From: a phage
Sequence record: PZ179883.1
Reading direction: 5' to 3' (one strand)
DNA length: 64,000 bases
Part shown: piece by piece, positions 18,588 through 29,599 of the stretch
Position numbering within the stretch: position 1 is the stretch's first letter
How the letters are laid out: each line of letters opens with the position of its first letter
The notes under the pieces: generated by a model
What the model saw: only the letters and a program-made list of their open reading frames with translations
Database searches by the model: none
Told to the model about the DNA's origin: nothing
Translations under genes and position numbers: made by a program

Positions 18588-19271
18588 TTATCGTTTTGTT
18601 GGAAGAGATAGAGGATCGCACTCTTCTTCTGACGGAGCATCTTCAAGACCCATAGCATATCGCAAAGCATACTTCATCATCAGGATGTCTTTCGCACAGT
18701 CATGAATAGAATCATGCGCAACGAATCCATCTAAAGTTCCTTTTGGAAGAGGACACGTGGTCATATCACGAACAAGCAGAAGTGCTTCAATTCTGGTACG
18801 AATATCACGCTGATTCCAGAATTTACATGGTTCTAACTTAAATGTGTCAAGTTCATTCTCAGAAACACCATTAAGACGTTGAATATCACGAATGAGATCG
18901 ACTAAAATTGGAAAATCAAACGACATTCCACGGCACCAGCCTTGAGATTTCCAAGGATCGATATTATGTGCATTGATGTAATCATTAAATTTCGCAATAC
19001 CGTCGATAGTGCTTACATCTTCATCGGACGGTGCAATATTTTTTCGAGCTTCAGGAGACTGATTTTTCCACCATTCGATAGTGCTTTTAGTAAAAAGACG
19101 ATGTCCTTTTTGGCTTTTTAAATCAAATTTGATTTTAATGCCGCGTGAAACTAATTCATCAAATGTTTCAACTACTTCTGGGTTAGGGTCAAAAGCAATT
19201 ACAGCTAAATCAATAACAGCTGCTTTTTCACCACTTCCCATTGTTTCAAAATCTATAATAAAATCAAACAT
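18588..19271 (-). CDS. dexA: Exonuclease A DexA (227 aa)
   Basis: 227 aa; N-terminal DEDD-like exonuclease motif (FIIDFETMG); matches T4 DexA size and position. Confidence 0.9.
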   Translation of the reverse strand: MFDFIIDFETMGSGEKAAVIDLAVIAFDPNPEVVETFDELVSRGIKIKFDLKSQKGHRLFTKSTIEWWKNQSPEARKNIAPSDEDVSTIDGIAKFNDYINAHNIDPWKSQGWCRGMSFDFPILVDLIRDIQRLNGVSENELDTFKLEPCKFWNQRDIRTRIEALLLVRDMTTCPLPKGTLDGFVAHDSIHDCAKDILMMKYALRYAMGLEDAPSEEECDPLSLPTKR

Positions 19272-19513
19272 TAAATTTTCCTTGCTAAATCGCGAATTTG
19301 ACCTACAGTATAATCTTGAATATAAACTTTATTAATAGGTTCATCAATAAATTTTGCCATAGATTCAATATCTTTTTGTATTTCTTCAAGACTGTATACT
19401 ATCTTTAAAGCTTTTTCGCGAATAGTAATATTTTCAGGACCCTGATTTTCTTCAATGACAGTTTTAACATTTGTCATAAGAGATTTAAACTGGTACCAAC
19501 TCAATTCAATCAT
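19271..19513 (-). CDS. Hypothetical protein (80 aa)
   Basis: Shares C-terminal motif LEEI..D....I.DY.VG.I with the adjacent 86-aa ORF. Confidence 0.5.
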   Translation of the reverse strand: MIELSWYQFKSLMTNVKTVIEENQGPENITIREKALKIVYSLEEIQKDIESMAKFIDEPINKVYIQDYTVGQIRDLARKI

Positions 19514-19766
19514 TAATAATCGCCTTATAAAGATAGCTAATTTCGCCTAAAATATAATCATTGATTGTAACAGTTTTCACTTCACCACAAAAGAATTCTA
19601 ACGCAATTAAATCTCGTTCAATTTCTTCTAATTGAAGCCTCAACTTACTAGATTCTATTTTTACAGTTTCACGATTTTTGCTATAAGCAATTTCATAAAT
19701 TTCGCTTACTTTATCTTGAAGAAGATAAAACTGATCTTTAGTTATTTCCACGAATAGCTTCCTCAA
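19506..19766 (-). CDS. Hypothetical protein (86 aa), paralogue of the 80-aa ORF
   Basis: LEEIERDLIALEFF…INDYILGEISYL aligns with the neighbouring ORF. Confidence 0.5.
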   Translation of the reverse strand: MRKLFVEITKDQFYLLQDKVSEIYEIAYSKNRETVKIESSKLRLQLEEIERDLIALEFFCGEVKTVTINDYILGEISYLYKAIIND

Positions 19767-19772
19767 ATTTAA

Positions 19773-21092
19773 TCATACATAAAACACATCATAACGACCA
19801 CGGGTAACACCAACATAAAGAAGTTGTTGAGCCAATTCAGCATCTGCATAATGAATACAAGGCGTATAAATGAAAGCACGGTCTACAGACATACCTTGAG
19901 CTTTATGGAATGTTGATGCAGGAAGTGCTTTCACTTTACTAAACTGTGATTTAGCATCCCAAAAATCACTCCATGGAGCTTTTCCGCCTTTGTTCCAATT
20001 TTTATAAGTTTCTGCCGTTTTACCTAAAAATAGGTTAAACTTATATAACTCTTCATCAGATGAAATTATTTTAATCTTTTCACGATAATATTCATCATCG
20101 CCGTAAGTTTCTACTGTTAAATCCCAATGACGAATTAGATATTCTCCAGGAACGCCACGAGCTTTAACAAATGTTGATGTATACTCTGCTTCTATAATAC
20201 GAACTAATTGTCCGTTATTAAAAATAATTTCTGACACAGGCTTTCCATCAATTTTATATGTTTTAATTAATGGTTCCTGCATTACAATAATTTCACCGAC
20301 AATAAAATCTTTATCAGTTTCAAAAATCTTTTTACGAATAATGCTATTTAACTTATCAACAGATTTATTCGTAAATGCCATTACACGATTTTCAAACAAA
20401 TCATCTAGTGATTTGACGATTGAAAAATAATTTACCATAAAATCGCGTAAAGCGGTATCACCAGTAAATCCACGTACTCCATGCCCGTCAACAATTTTAT
20501 CATAAATCCACTTACCGTTGCGAACATCAGTAGCTACATCAATAATAGGAGCATTACTGCGTTTAACTTCAGTGAGTTCACACTGATAAAAATCTTTGTG
20601 CGTAAAGAATGGACTGATATAAGCAGTGTTTTCTCCTGGGTCAACAGGTCTAATTTGCTTATTATCGCCTATTCCAATTATAGTACACCACGGCGGGATA
20701 GTTGAAAGCAGAATTTTAAATAGCTTTCTATCGTACATTGACACTTCGTCGCAGATTAATACTCTACATTTGGCTAAATCCGGTACTTCTTTTTGTTCAA
20801 AAAGAACGTTTTCTTCGTATGTTACTGGGTTAATTTTGAGAATACTGTGAATAGTACTCGCTTCTTTCCCTGATAGTTTTGAAAGAATCTTTTTAGCTGC
20901 GTGTGTAGGAGCTGCTAAAATAATTCCAGTTTCGCCTGTAGATATTAAAGCTTCAATGATGAACTTAGTAAGAGTAGTCTTACCAGTACCAGCAGGTCCA
21001 TTAATAGTTACATGATGTTTCTTTTCTTTGATAGCCCTCATAACAATGTTAAAGGCATTTTTCTGGCCTTCGGTCAAATCATCAAATGTCAT
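19773..21092 (-). CDS. dda: Dda DNA helicase (439 aa)
   Basis: Translation MTFDDLTEGQKNAFNIVM… with Walker A GPAGTGKT; 439 aa as in T4 Dda. Confidence 0.95.
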   Translation of the reverse strand: MTFDDLTEGQKNAFNIVMRAIKEKKHHVTINGPAGTGKTTLTKFIIEALISTGETGIILAAPTHAAKKILSKLSGKEASTIHSILKINPVTYEENVLFEQKEVPDLAKCRVLICDEVSMYDRKLFKILLSTIPPWCTIIGIGDNKQIRPVDPGENTAYISPFFTHKDFYQCELTEVKRSNAPIIDVATDVRNGKWIYDKIVDGHGVRGFTGDTALRDFMVNYFSIVKSLDDLFENRVMAFTNKSVDKLNSIIRKKIFETDKDFIVGEIIVMQEPLIKTYKIDGKPVSEIIFNNGQLVRIIEAEYTSTFVKARGVPGEYLIRHWDLTVETYGDDEYYREKIKIISSDEELYKFNLFLGKTAETYKNWNKGGKAPWSDFWDAKSQFSKVKALPASTFHKAQGMSVDRAFIYTPCIHYADAELAQQLLYVGVTRGRYDVFYV

Positions 21093-21400
21093 CGTAAATT
21101 CCCTGCAATTGGTATACTAACAATACGCCCAGTATCTAAAATTCGCCGATATAATCTTTGTGTGTCTACATCAGGCTTAACATGTTTAACTTCTATTTTA
21201 TTAAACCAAAACTTGCGTGGAGTCTCAACTAATCTCGGAATTCCCATACCTAAAGCTAGTTGATACTGCTCTTTAAGAGTTGTAAATACTTTATCAGCAA
21301 TCTCCCTTTCAAAAAATACAGCAGGGCGATGTTCATCAAGAGGAACAGGCACCGCAAATCCATCTTTATCTCTATACACTATCGCATATACATAAAACAT
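21089..21400 (-). CDS. Hypothetical protein (103 aa), dda.1 position
   Basis: ATGA-coupled to dda. Confidence 0.55.
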   Translation of the reverse strand: MFYVYAIVYRDKDGFAVPVPLDEHRPAVFFEREIADKVFTTLKEQYQLALGMGIPRLVETPRKFWFNKIEVKHVKPDVDTQRLYRRILDTGRIVSIPIAGNLR

Positions 21401-21401
21401 A

Positions 21402-22148
21402 TTATCCTCGGATAAGTTTAAAAATTGAACAATTTAGCGGGTATCCTCTTTTCAGTTTAAGTTTATCAATAAAAGACAAGTTTTGATACCGCTCTATACC
21501 TTGAATAATTTTATCACACATATCATATTGCATTTCTGCTTCTGACAGCTTTTTCACAGTTTTCCAATCCGAGCCTTTAAGAAGAACGTTCAATTTAACA
21601 ACTTCAGCACCTTCTGCTATACGAGAACCATCAATACGAGCTTTAAGTGCTATAATCGTTAGCTTAACGTCAGAAGTTTGTTTTGATTTAGAAAGCTGAG
21701 AAATGTGCTCAATTCGGTTTTCGCGTTTTTTCTGTATAGCTTTAATTTGATTATAAGTCTTTTTGATTTTAGCCCATTTCTTTTCATCTAAATTTAGTTT
21801 ATGAACTTTTTTCGCAGATGAACGACCAATTCGCAAAGCAAATAAATCACGCTTTTCAATCAACTCTTCTAAAGTATAATCAGAACGAAATGTATTATAC
21901 TTTTTCTTTACTGCAATAACATTCCCTTTAATGTATCCAACGTTATTATCAAAACGTTCTAACGATAATTTCTCTCCTTCAATACGATTATCAAAAGGTT
22001 CTCCTGAGTAAGCGCAAACTTTCTGATCTAAAATGTTCTTAATGTAATTGAAGTCTAAGTTAAAATCTTTAGAACGTCTTTTAGCTGATGCCTGAGTGTG
22101 CTCTAGACGACGTGTAATTTTACGAATTTGATTTTTAGACAGTTTCAT
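21402..22148 (-). CDS. Basic, coiled-coil-rich protein (248 aa), candidate Srd
   Basis: Position between dda.1 and modA and size are consistent with T4 srd; identity not verified. Confidence 0.5.
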   Translation of the reverse strand: MKLSKNQIRKITRRLEHTQASAKRRSKDFNLDFNYIKNILDQKVCAYSGEPFDNRIEGEKLSLERFDNNVGYIKGNVIAVKKKYNTFRSDYTLEELIEKRDLFALRIGRSSAKKVHKLNLDEKKWAKIKKTYNQIKAIQKKRENRIEHISQLSKSKQTSDVKLTIIALKARIDGSRIAEGAEVVKLNVLLKGSDWKTVKKLSEAEMQYDMCDKIIQGIERYQNLSFIDKLKLKRGYPLNCSIFKLIRG

Positions 22149-22174
22149 ATTTTTCTCACGGACGGGTTAACTAC

Positions 22175-22210
22175 TTATACTATAACATTTTTACTTCAGC
22201 TTGTAAACAA
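22175..22210 (-). promoter_or_regulatory. T4-type early promoter
   Basis: GTTTAC (rc 22203-22208) and TGTTATAGT extended -10. Confidence 0.5.
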
Positions 22211-22264
22211 CTTTATGAAAAATGCTTTAAAACTTTCATGGTATAATGAATCTAAGTCCTTCCA

Positions 22265-22867
22265 TTATAGATTAAATCCTTCAAAATCAAGAGTATAGAT
22301 AGTGTATGTTGAATACTTTTTATACTCGTATCTATCCGCAATTCTAAATACACTTCCAGCTGGTATCATTACTTCTTGTTCATCTGAAACTAATTCCATA
22401 TTACGATAACGATGGCTATCTGGAAACTTAAAACTCGGACTATATTCTTTACAACGTAGAGCTTTTATAGCATACTCCTGGAAATTAAATACCATAGGAG
22501 CTTTGAATTCAAAAATAACTTGTGTGTTGTATTCTAATCCAGAAGCAAAATGTAGAGCTATATTTTTATCATATGAAGCTGATACTACTTTATCAAATGT
22601 AATAATATCAATTCCTTGATTTAACACTTGCTTAGTCTCAACTGGAACACCTCTCCAAAGAGGTTTATCGTTTGGAACCAAACGAGATTTGATTATTTCA
22701 TTTAACCAAGAGTGGTCGTCTGGCTTATTAGTAATACAATGAATTAAAAGTTCAATTTCGGATAAATTAAATCCTTCAGAAAGTAATTCTTCACGAATAG
22801 AAGCACGCACCGATGCATCCATTGATTTGATTTTAAAATCTTTTAATTGCATTGCTGAATATTTCAT
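22265..22867 (-). CDS. modA: ADP-ribosyltransferase ModA (200 aa)
   Basis: R-S-EXE signature seen (LWRG…SASYD…EQEVMIP); 200 aa as T4 ModA; ModA/ModB assignment rests on size and order. Confidence 0.7.
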   Translation of the reverse strand: MKYSAMQLKDFKIKSMDASVRASIREELLSEGFNLSEIELLIHCITNKPDDHSWLNEIIKSRLVPNDKPLWRGVPVETKQVLNQGIDIITFDKVVSASYDKNIALHFASGLEYNTQVIFEFKAPMVFNFQEYAIKALRCKEYSPSFKFPDSHRYRNMELVSDEQEVMIPAGSVFRIADRYEYKKYSTYTIYTLDFEGFNL

Positions 22868-23499
22868 TCAACTACCTCAATATCATACACTTTAAATGTT
22901 CCAAATGAATCGTGTAATTTTTCTTTTGAAATAGAAGTTATTTTATACTTTCCAATTGGAATCATCCATTCTTGTTCACGCACAATCATCATTAAGTTAT
23001 CAGTACGTTCTGAATCTAATCCATCAGTATCTTCATATGTATACTTAAACTCAGTGTTAGGAGAAGAAAGTATAATATCGCTGATATGGTCAGAGTAATT
23101 AAAAGCTTTATCAGTTTTTAAGCGAAATATTATTTCAGTGGAATATTCAACATAAGAAAAACCACATGCTGTGTGCAAACTAGTAGTAAATGAATCTACT
23201 CTGTTCGTTGAAAACACTTCTCCAACTTGTAAATCTTTAATGAGTTCTTTTGTCGATTTTGATATACCACGATATAACTGATAAGGTGATTCAGTTAAAT
23301 GCTTTTTAATGATTTTATTCAACTGCCGATGAAGAGCTTCATTCTTTTTGGCTTCCATACATTGCCAAAGAACTGACTGCTCAAAGTCAGTAAATTTTTC
23401 ACAGACTTTTTTATACATATCATATTGAAAATCGACACTTTCAGCTTTTATAGATAACTGTTCAACATCTGCGAGATTAATAATCATGATAGCCTCCAT
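22864..23499 (-). CDS. modB: ADP-ribosyltransferase ModB (211 aa)
   Basis: R-S-EXE signature seen (LYRG…FSTNR…EQEWMIP); ATGA-coupled to modA. Confidence 0.7.
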   Translation of the reverse strand: MEAIMIINLADVEQLSIKAESVDFQYDMYKKVCEKFTDFEQSVLWQCMEAKKNEALHRQLNKIIKKHLTESPYQLYRGISKSTKELIKDLQVGEVFSTNRVDSFTTSLHTACGFSYVEYSTEIIFRLKTDKAFNYSDHISDIILSSPNTEFKYTYEDTDGLDSERTDNLMMIVREQEWMIPIGKYKITSISKEKLHDSFGTFKVYDIEVVE

Positions 23500-23509
23500 A
23501 TACTTCAGA

Positions 23510-23545
23510 AGCTATCATATCATTGTTAGGAAGGAAAGTAAACAA
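23510..23545 (-). promoter_or_regulatory. T4-type early promoter
   Basis: GTTTAC (rc 23538-23543) and TGATATGAT. Confidence 0.5.
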
Positions 23546-23554
23546 CTTTTTGAA

Positions 23555-23737
23555 TTATTTTGCCCAGGGAGCCCAGGGCGGAGGGTCAAGATGGTATGAA
23601 GCTAGTTCTTCTAGAAGAGCATCTGGGGCTTCAATTCCATAATTCTGTAATACTATACGGTACTCTTTCTTATAATCACTAGAATCATTCTGGTTATTCG
23701 TAGAATGATTATCTTCTAACATCTCAAATAAATCCAT
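23555..23737 (-). CDS. Hypothetical protein (60 aa)
   Basis: Small acidic ORF. Confidence 0.4.
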   Translation of the reverse strand: MDLFEMLEDNHSTNNQNDSSDYKKEYRIVLQNYGIEAPDALLEELASYHLDPPPWAPWAK

Positions 23738-23745
23738 ATTAATTC

Positions 23746-24216
23746 CTAGCGATAAAAACCAAATTGACGATTAGCTTCAATAATCTTTCTTTCTTCTTCG
23801 GACATTCTCCAGCGTAGTCCAACGTCAAAATGAGCCCAGACCATCTTAACAAATGCATTTATATCTTTAATATCTTCAATAATGAATGTTTTACTTTTCG
23901 AAGGTTGACTCGCTAATTTAACTTTATCATCTTCAAACAGGTCAAAAAGACCATATTCATGAGCTCTTTTATAGCCTTTAATAGTTAAAGCTTCAGAAGA
24001 AGAAAATGGTGAATCAGTATTCTGCAAAATATCTTCAGTATGTTTTATAATTAGAATAACATTTTCTGGATATTTTCTTTCTTTTATATCTTTAATTAAA
24101 ATATCCGGATTTTCTGCTAAAGGAATAATTAATGAGCACTCTTTATCAAGTGTATTTACTGATTTACCTTCTTTAGACATAAATTTTATTGAATAATGTT
24201 TTGCTACTTCAATCAT
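23746..24216 (-). CDS. Hypothetical protein (156 aa)
   Basis: ORF in the soc-modB interval (mrh/srh region of T4). Confidence 0.55.
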   Translation of the reverse strand: MIEVAKHYSIKFMSKEGKSVNTLDKECSLIIPLAENPDILIKDIKERKYPENVILIIKHTEDILQNTDSPFSSSEALTIKGYKRAHEYGLFDLFEDDKVKLASQPSKSKTFIIEDIKDINAFVKMVWAHFDVGLRWRMSEEERKIIEANRQFGFYR

Positions 24217-24373
24217 GTGATTTCCTCTTGCCTACTAACGGGCCGTCAGGAATTTTGTTTTCCTGGATATATTTCTCATTTTCTTCCATCATTTTACTAC
24301 CGATTTTAAGAAGCAAATCCAATGCTTCATTTGCTTTAGCCTTGGCCTCTTCTAGCGTCATATCTCTGTTCAT
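24209..24373 (-). CDS. Small hypothetical protein (54 aa), not in ORF track
   Basis: Manual translation [54 protein letters not shown]; overlaps both neighbours. Confidence 0.3.
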   Translation of the reverse strand: MNRDMTLEEAKAKANEALDLLLKIGSKMMEENEKYIQENKIPDGPLVGKRKSHD

Positions 24374-24573
24374 GATTTATCCCCATAGATGTCTCTCATC
24401 AATTTAAGTACTGAGCGTTCTAATTTCTTTTCTTTCTCAGCACTAATCATTGATTTCATCCATTCTTCCGATTCGTTCTGCATTTCTTTATTTGCTTGTT
24501 CAACCCAACCATCATCAATGTACATTGAGTTTGGTCTATTGAACCATTCAAACATTTTCTTCAGAACTTTCAT
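24370..24573 (-). CDS. Hypothetical protein (67 aa)
   Basis: ORF. Confidence 0.5.
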   Translation of the reverse strand: MKVLKKMFEWFNRPNSMYIDDGWVEQANKEMQNESEEWMKSMISAEKEKKLERSVLKLMRDIYGDKS

Positions 24574-25045
24574 TTGTTTTACCTAAAACGACAGTAGAAG
24601 CATCGTCAAATTCATGAATTTTTAGCAAATTTGGATGTAAACTATTCCATACAGAAGAAATAAAATATGATAAAGCGTCTTCACTCGCAATTATAAATTT
24701 ATTTCCTTTATCTATTTTCCAACTATATAATGAATCGTACGAATAGAAAGATAAAGGTTTATCATTATATTGTTCTGCGCTAACATTAATGTATTCGGAT
24801 TTAGTAAATGCTTCAATTGCTCTAAATGGAATATTTGGTACAGTTTCAATAATTCCGATCTTTTTAAGTTTTATTTCAGCATCTTCTGGAACTGGCATTG
24901 AAACGAAATTTTCTACGAGATACATTGGGTCACAATAACCCTTATCAATCATTACTGCTACGGTAATTGGAACATCTTTAGCAAATGACATGCTATTACT
25001 GCTAATATACATTTCAAACAAAATCGCTTCCATAATTTTCCTCAA
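24548..25045 (-). CDS. Hypothetical protein (165 aa)
   Basis: ORF. Confidence 0.55.
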   Translation of the reverse strand: MRKIMEAILFEMYISSNSMSFAKDVPITVAVMIDKGYCDPMYLVENFVSMPVPEDAEIKLKKIGIIETVPNIPFRAIEAFTKSEYINVSAEQYNDKPLSFYSYDSLYSWKIDKGNKFIIASEDALSYFISSVWNSLHPNLLKIHEFDDASTVVLGKTNESSEENV

Positions 25046-25380
25046 TCACAAGATGTAGATGAACAGCTAGAATCACAAGAACTTCCACATGAATCGCCCG
25101 TCCACACATGAACAGGAACATTAGTATCATATGAATCAGAACTAGACTGTGTATTCTGCGTATTAGATGATGTAGGTGTTGACCAACGCCAAGGATTTTT
25201 ATAATATTCCTGGGCTTCTTCATAAGTCATAGTAACTGCTTCTACTGTTCCATCTCCCATATAAACATATTCAACTACAGTTAAAGGAAGGTAGTCATTT
25301 GAAATAGGAACTACACCTTCTCCGGGAGTTGTAGAGAAAAAATCCGTAAAGAAACTTTTAAACCAATTAAAGATAAACAT
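25042..25380 (-). CDS. Cys/Ser-rich small protein with N-terminal hydrophobic segment (112 aa)
   Basis: ORF-track ORF trimmed to the ATG at 25380 (TAATG coupling to upstream ORF); C-terminus [18 protein letters not shown]. Confidence 0.5.
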   Translation of the reverse strand: MFIFNWFKSFFTDFFSTTPGEGVVPISNDYLPLTVVEYVYMGDGTVEAVTMTYEEAQEYYKNPWRWSTPTSSNTQNTQSSSDSYDTNVPVHVWTGDSCGSSCDSSCSSTSCD

Positions 25381-25592
25381 TACAAAAAGCCTCTTTGAAA
25401 TTCGACTCTTTGAAATCCACCCCAATCAGTGTATCGCATTTCAGCATTGAACTCGACTGAACCATCTGCATGCATCATGAATGAATGCGTGACGATATCA
25501 CAATCCCAGCTTTTCATACCCCATTTATCAGAGATAGCTTTATCAAGAACCTTCTGGAGGTCTTCATTTGGTTTAATCCAGCGATTTAACAT
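25380..25592 (-). CDS. Hypothetical protein (70 aa)
   Basis: ORF immediately downstream of an early promoter. Confidence 0.5.
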   Translation of the reverse strand: MLNRWIKPNEDLQKVLDKAISDKWGMKSWDCDIVTHSFMMHADGSVEFNAEMRYTDWGGFQRVEFQRGFL

Positions 25593-25614
25593 AGTGCTCT
25601 CCTCTATAAGATAA

Positions 25615-25650
25615 TTTTATTATACCATACTCATTTTGGAAAGTAAACCG
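25615..25650 (-). promoter_or_regulatory. T4-type early promoter
   Basis: GTTTAC (rc 25643-25648) and a perfect TGGTATAAT (rc 25617-25627). Confidence 0.6.
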
Positions 25651-25662
25651 GTAAAATGAAAA

Positions 25663-25684
25663 AAGGACTCCCGAAGGAGTCCTT
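25663..25684 (-). terminator. Rho-independent terminator downstream of soc
   Basis: Stem AAGGACTCC / GGAGTCCTT with CGAA loop, then U-run on - strand. Confidence 0.65.
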
Positions 25685-25688
25685 GAAT

Positions 25689-25934
25689 TTATTCACCAGT
25701 TACTTTCCACAAATCTTCGTTTGCAGTAATCCATTCAGTACGTTGATTTTCTTCATATACTGTAGAATATGCTGCTTTTTCTGAAGGGAATATCTGATAA
25801 TGAGCGCCAGAAATTTTGTGAACGTCAGAATAAAGAGGGAAAGCTACAGAAATTTCCTTTCCTTCAATTTTCTTATTTCCATCTAATTTTTGCTCAAATG
25901 TTTTAATATTAACATAACCGCGAGTACTAGCCAT
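25689..25934 (-). CDS. soc: Small outer capsid protein Soc (81 aa)
   Basis: Translation MASTRGYVNIKTFEQKLDGNKKIEGKEISVAFPLYSD… matches recalled T4 Soc. Confidence 0.95.
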   Translation of the reverse strand: MASTRGYVNIKTFEQKLDGNKKIEGKEISVAFPLYSDVHKISGAHYQIFPSEKAAYSTVYEENQRTEWITANEDLWKVTGE

Positions 25935-25963
25935 GTAATTCTCCTTTATTTAAATTACATGAC

Positions 25964-25971
25964 TATTTATA
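25964..25971 (-). promoter_or_regulatory. T4 late promoter TATAAATA upstream of soc
   Basis: Exact TATAAATA on - strand about 30 nt upstream of the soc ATG. Confidence 0.6.
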
Positions 25972-26155
25972 ATAAATTCTTGCGGAACGTTAAAATACCC
26001 AATTTTAGTTAATATAACAACATCACCGTTAATAATTACCGGAGAATAATCGGCTGGAGCATTAAACTTCCAATGAGCTCTAATATTATATCCATCAGAA
26101 CCAAATGCTCAACTAGCCGGTCTCCCGGCTTTTTGCCATGCATAAAAATCAAATT

Positions 26156-26356
26156 TCATTTTGAATGCTCTATAATTAATTTTAAGGCTTCTTCATGCAC
26201 CTTACCTAATTGTATATGTCCAGTTTTAATTGTGTAAGCTTTGTGGAGCTGATTAGATAGGAGCTCGTATGTGAGCTCCTTGTCATAATTTTTAAATAGC
26301 TGGTCAATACGTTTCTTGTGGGCTTTCTTAAGTTGACGTTTATTTAAACGAGCCAT
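26156..26356 (-). CDS. Hypothetical basic protein (66 aa)
   Basis: ORF between 56 and soc. Confidence 0.5.
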   Translation of the reverse strand: MARLNKRQLKKAHKKRIDQLFKNYDKELTYELLSNQLHKAYTIKTGHIQLGKVHEEALKLIIEHSK

Positions 26357-26889
26357 TAATAACCTCGGTCTTGACGAGCGAAGTTTTCAGCATTTTTCAG
26401 ATAATAAAGTTTAAAGATTTCTTCAGCCGTAAGACCGAGACCTTGGAACATGTTCAGAACGAAATGAAGAATATCAATCATTTCGAATTTAATTTCCAAC
26501 TGGTCTTGTGGAGACAAATCAGTAATCAGAGTTTCACGACGTTCACCATGCTGCGACTTCCAAGGCTTCCATACAGCAGATGCATCTTTTTCACCATTGC
26601 TCATACCACCAAGAGAAGTCAGAAGTTCACGGAATTCATCATCAATGTAATCTTTCTGATTACGCAGCCAATCAACAACTTCACCCGCAGTAGCCAAATC
26701 ATCAGGATGACGGTTATATTCAGGTTTATCTTTAGCTAAACGAACCTGTAGAGATTTCTGCATATCAAGCATAACCTGCAGCGGGTCTTTTTCATCACCG
26801 AGAATATCCCAGTATTCATTTTGAGCTTTATCAGCGCCTTCGATCAGTTGACTACATTCGTTAAAGTAAGCCATTATTTTTCCTTTCAA
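26356..26889 (-). CDS. 56: dCTPase/dUTPase gp56 (MazG-like NTP pyrophosphatase), 177 aa
   Basis: Position between dam and soc and size match T4 gene 56; identity not verified. Confidence 0.75.
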   Translation of the reverse strand: MKGKIMAYFNECSQLIEGADKAQNEYWDILGDEKDPLQVMLDMQKSLQVRLAKDKPEYNRHPDDLATAGEVVDWLRNQKDYIDDEFRELLTSLGGMSNGEKDASAVWKPWKSQHGERRETLITDLSPQDQLEIKFEMIDILHFVLNMFQGLGLTAEEIFKLYYLKNAENFARQDRGY

Positions 26890-26934
26890 TTCATTAATAA
26901 GTTAAATAATTATATCATTTGAGTATGTAAGCAA

Positions 26935-28274
<1,340 letters not shown>

Positions 28275-28296
28275 TATATCATCCTCAGCAATTTAT

Positions 28297-28330
28297 TTTA
28301 TAATACCATAACAAGCTGAGAAAGTAAACA
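28297..28330 (-). promoter_or_regulatory. T4-type early promoter upstream of the 186-aa ORF and dam
   Basis: GTTTAC (rc 28324-28329) and TGGTATTAT (rc 28299-28309). Confidence 0.55.
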
Positions 28331-28373
28331 AATTTATGAAATTTGTGATAAATATTAATTTAAAGGAGGACAT

Positions 28374-28574
28374 ATGGCACAAAAATTAATGGCACTTGTT
28401 AATGCCATCAAAGGTAATAAGAAACGTATAGCTTTTACTATTTCTGCTATGGTAGGAATTTTACTCTGGAACTTTATTTTATCACCAATTGCAATTGCGC
28501 ATGGTGTTAATATTCCAGTAGTTACTCTTGATACATTCGTAGATCTAGCATTTGCTTTAGTTGGGTTAATTTAA
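28374..28574 (+). CDS. Small membrane protein (66 aa) on the opposite strand
   Basis: Strong SD AAAGGAGGA 5 nt before ATG; predicted TM helix (AMVGILLWNFILSPIAIA); stop overlaps the 3' end of gene 61. Confidence 0.5.
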   Translation: MAQKLMALVNAIKGNKKRIAFTISAMVGILLWNFILSPIAIAHGVNIPVVTLDTFVDLAFALVGLI

Positions 28575-29599
28575 ATCTTGGCATATTTAGATAACCGCAT
28601 TTTAGCCATCAACCCTTGGGCAATATTATTTTTCATATATTCCATAATTTGTTCAGGGGTTGCACCTTCCTTTCTAATCATATCATTAACATCTTTTGAT
28701 TTCCAGGGAGATTTATCCCAAAACATAACCCTTTCTCCTGCATCAACTAATTTAGTCATTCGCTTGATAGTGTCAGGGTGACGAGGTTCATTATCTAAAA
28801 CCCACACTCGTCTATCTTTAAATGGAACAACTTCTAGGTCTAATTGACCACCCGTAATAGCTATACCATTTTCAATAAAAAGTGAATCTATAGGTCCTTC
28901 TAGAACATATACATCGCCATCTTTAACTCGTTCGACTCCATATATTTTTGTTGCCTCAGGATAAGCTTTAATGGTGATATATTTTTGAGGAGCATCTTTC
29001 TTTAATGCACGTCCTTGAAAAGACTCAGCTTTTCCATTAGCATTATAAATTGGAATAACAAGACGAGGCTCAGAAATTTCCTTTTTGTATGTTCCCGGTG
29101 CTATGCTATTAACTAATTTAGGCCATTCAGTTGTAAACCAAAGATATTTCCATTTATCCTTTGGAATACAACGAGCTTTTACGTATTTTATAATTGGATG
29201 GTCTTCCGCCAGTTTATCTAATCTAACACATGACGGAAGAGATTTAATTATTTTCTTCTCAGGATGTTTAGGAAGTTCTTTAGGTTTTTCTACTGGACGA
29301 CTTTTACCTTTTTCTTTTCTTATTTCAAAGATATACTCACGATATAAATCAGGTTCAAACTCCTTTAAATATATTCCTATTGGTGCATGATAGTTACAGT
29401 TATAACAATGAATATTTCCTTCATTATTATCACCATAATACCATCCACGAGCTTTATTCTGGTCGGTTTTTGAATCTCCACAAACAGGGCATCTAAACCG
29501 CAATTTAAAAGTTGAACTATTATTTACTTGTGTGAATTTAGGTAAATGAGCTAATGCACGATACGCAAACTCATTATCAATCCAAGGTATTGATGACAT
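28571..29599 (-). CDS. 61: DNA primase gp61 (342 aa)
   Basis: N-terminal zinc ribbon CPVCGDS…CYNC and toprim region; 342 aa as T4 gp61. Confidence 0.95.
   Translation of the reverse strand: MSSIPWIDNEFAYRALAHLPKFTQVNNSSTFKLRFRCPVCGDSKTDQNKARGWYYGDNNEGNIHCYNCNYHAPIGIYLKEFEPDLYREYIFEIRKEKGKSRPVEKPKELPKHPEKKIIKSLPSCVRLDKLAEDHPIIKYVKARCIPKDKWKYLWFTTEWPKLVNSIAPGTYKKEISEPRLVIPIYNANGKAESFQGRALKKDAPQKYITIKAYPEATKIYGVERVKDGDVYVLEGPIDSLFIENGIAITGGQLDLEVVPFKDRRVWVLDNEPRHPDTIKRMTKLVDAGERVMFWDKSPWKSKDVNDMIRKEGATPEQIMEYMKNNIAQGLMAKMRLSKYAKI

Noticed and set aside
22234-22253. Plus-strand TGGTATAAT extended -10 element
   Set aside because: No plausible -35 and no + strand gene downstream; probably a chance match in AT-rich intergenic DNA
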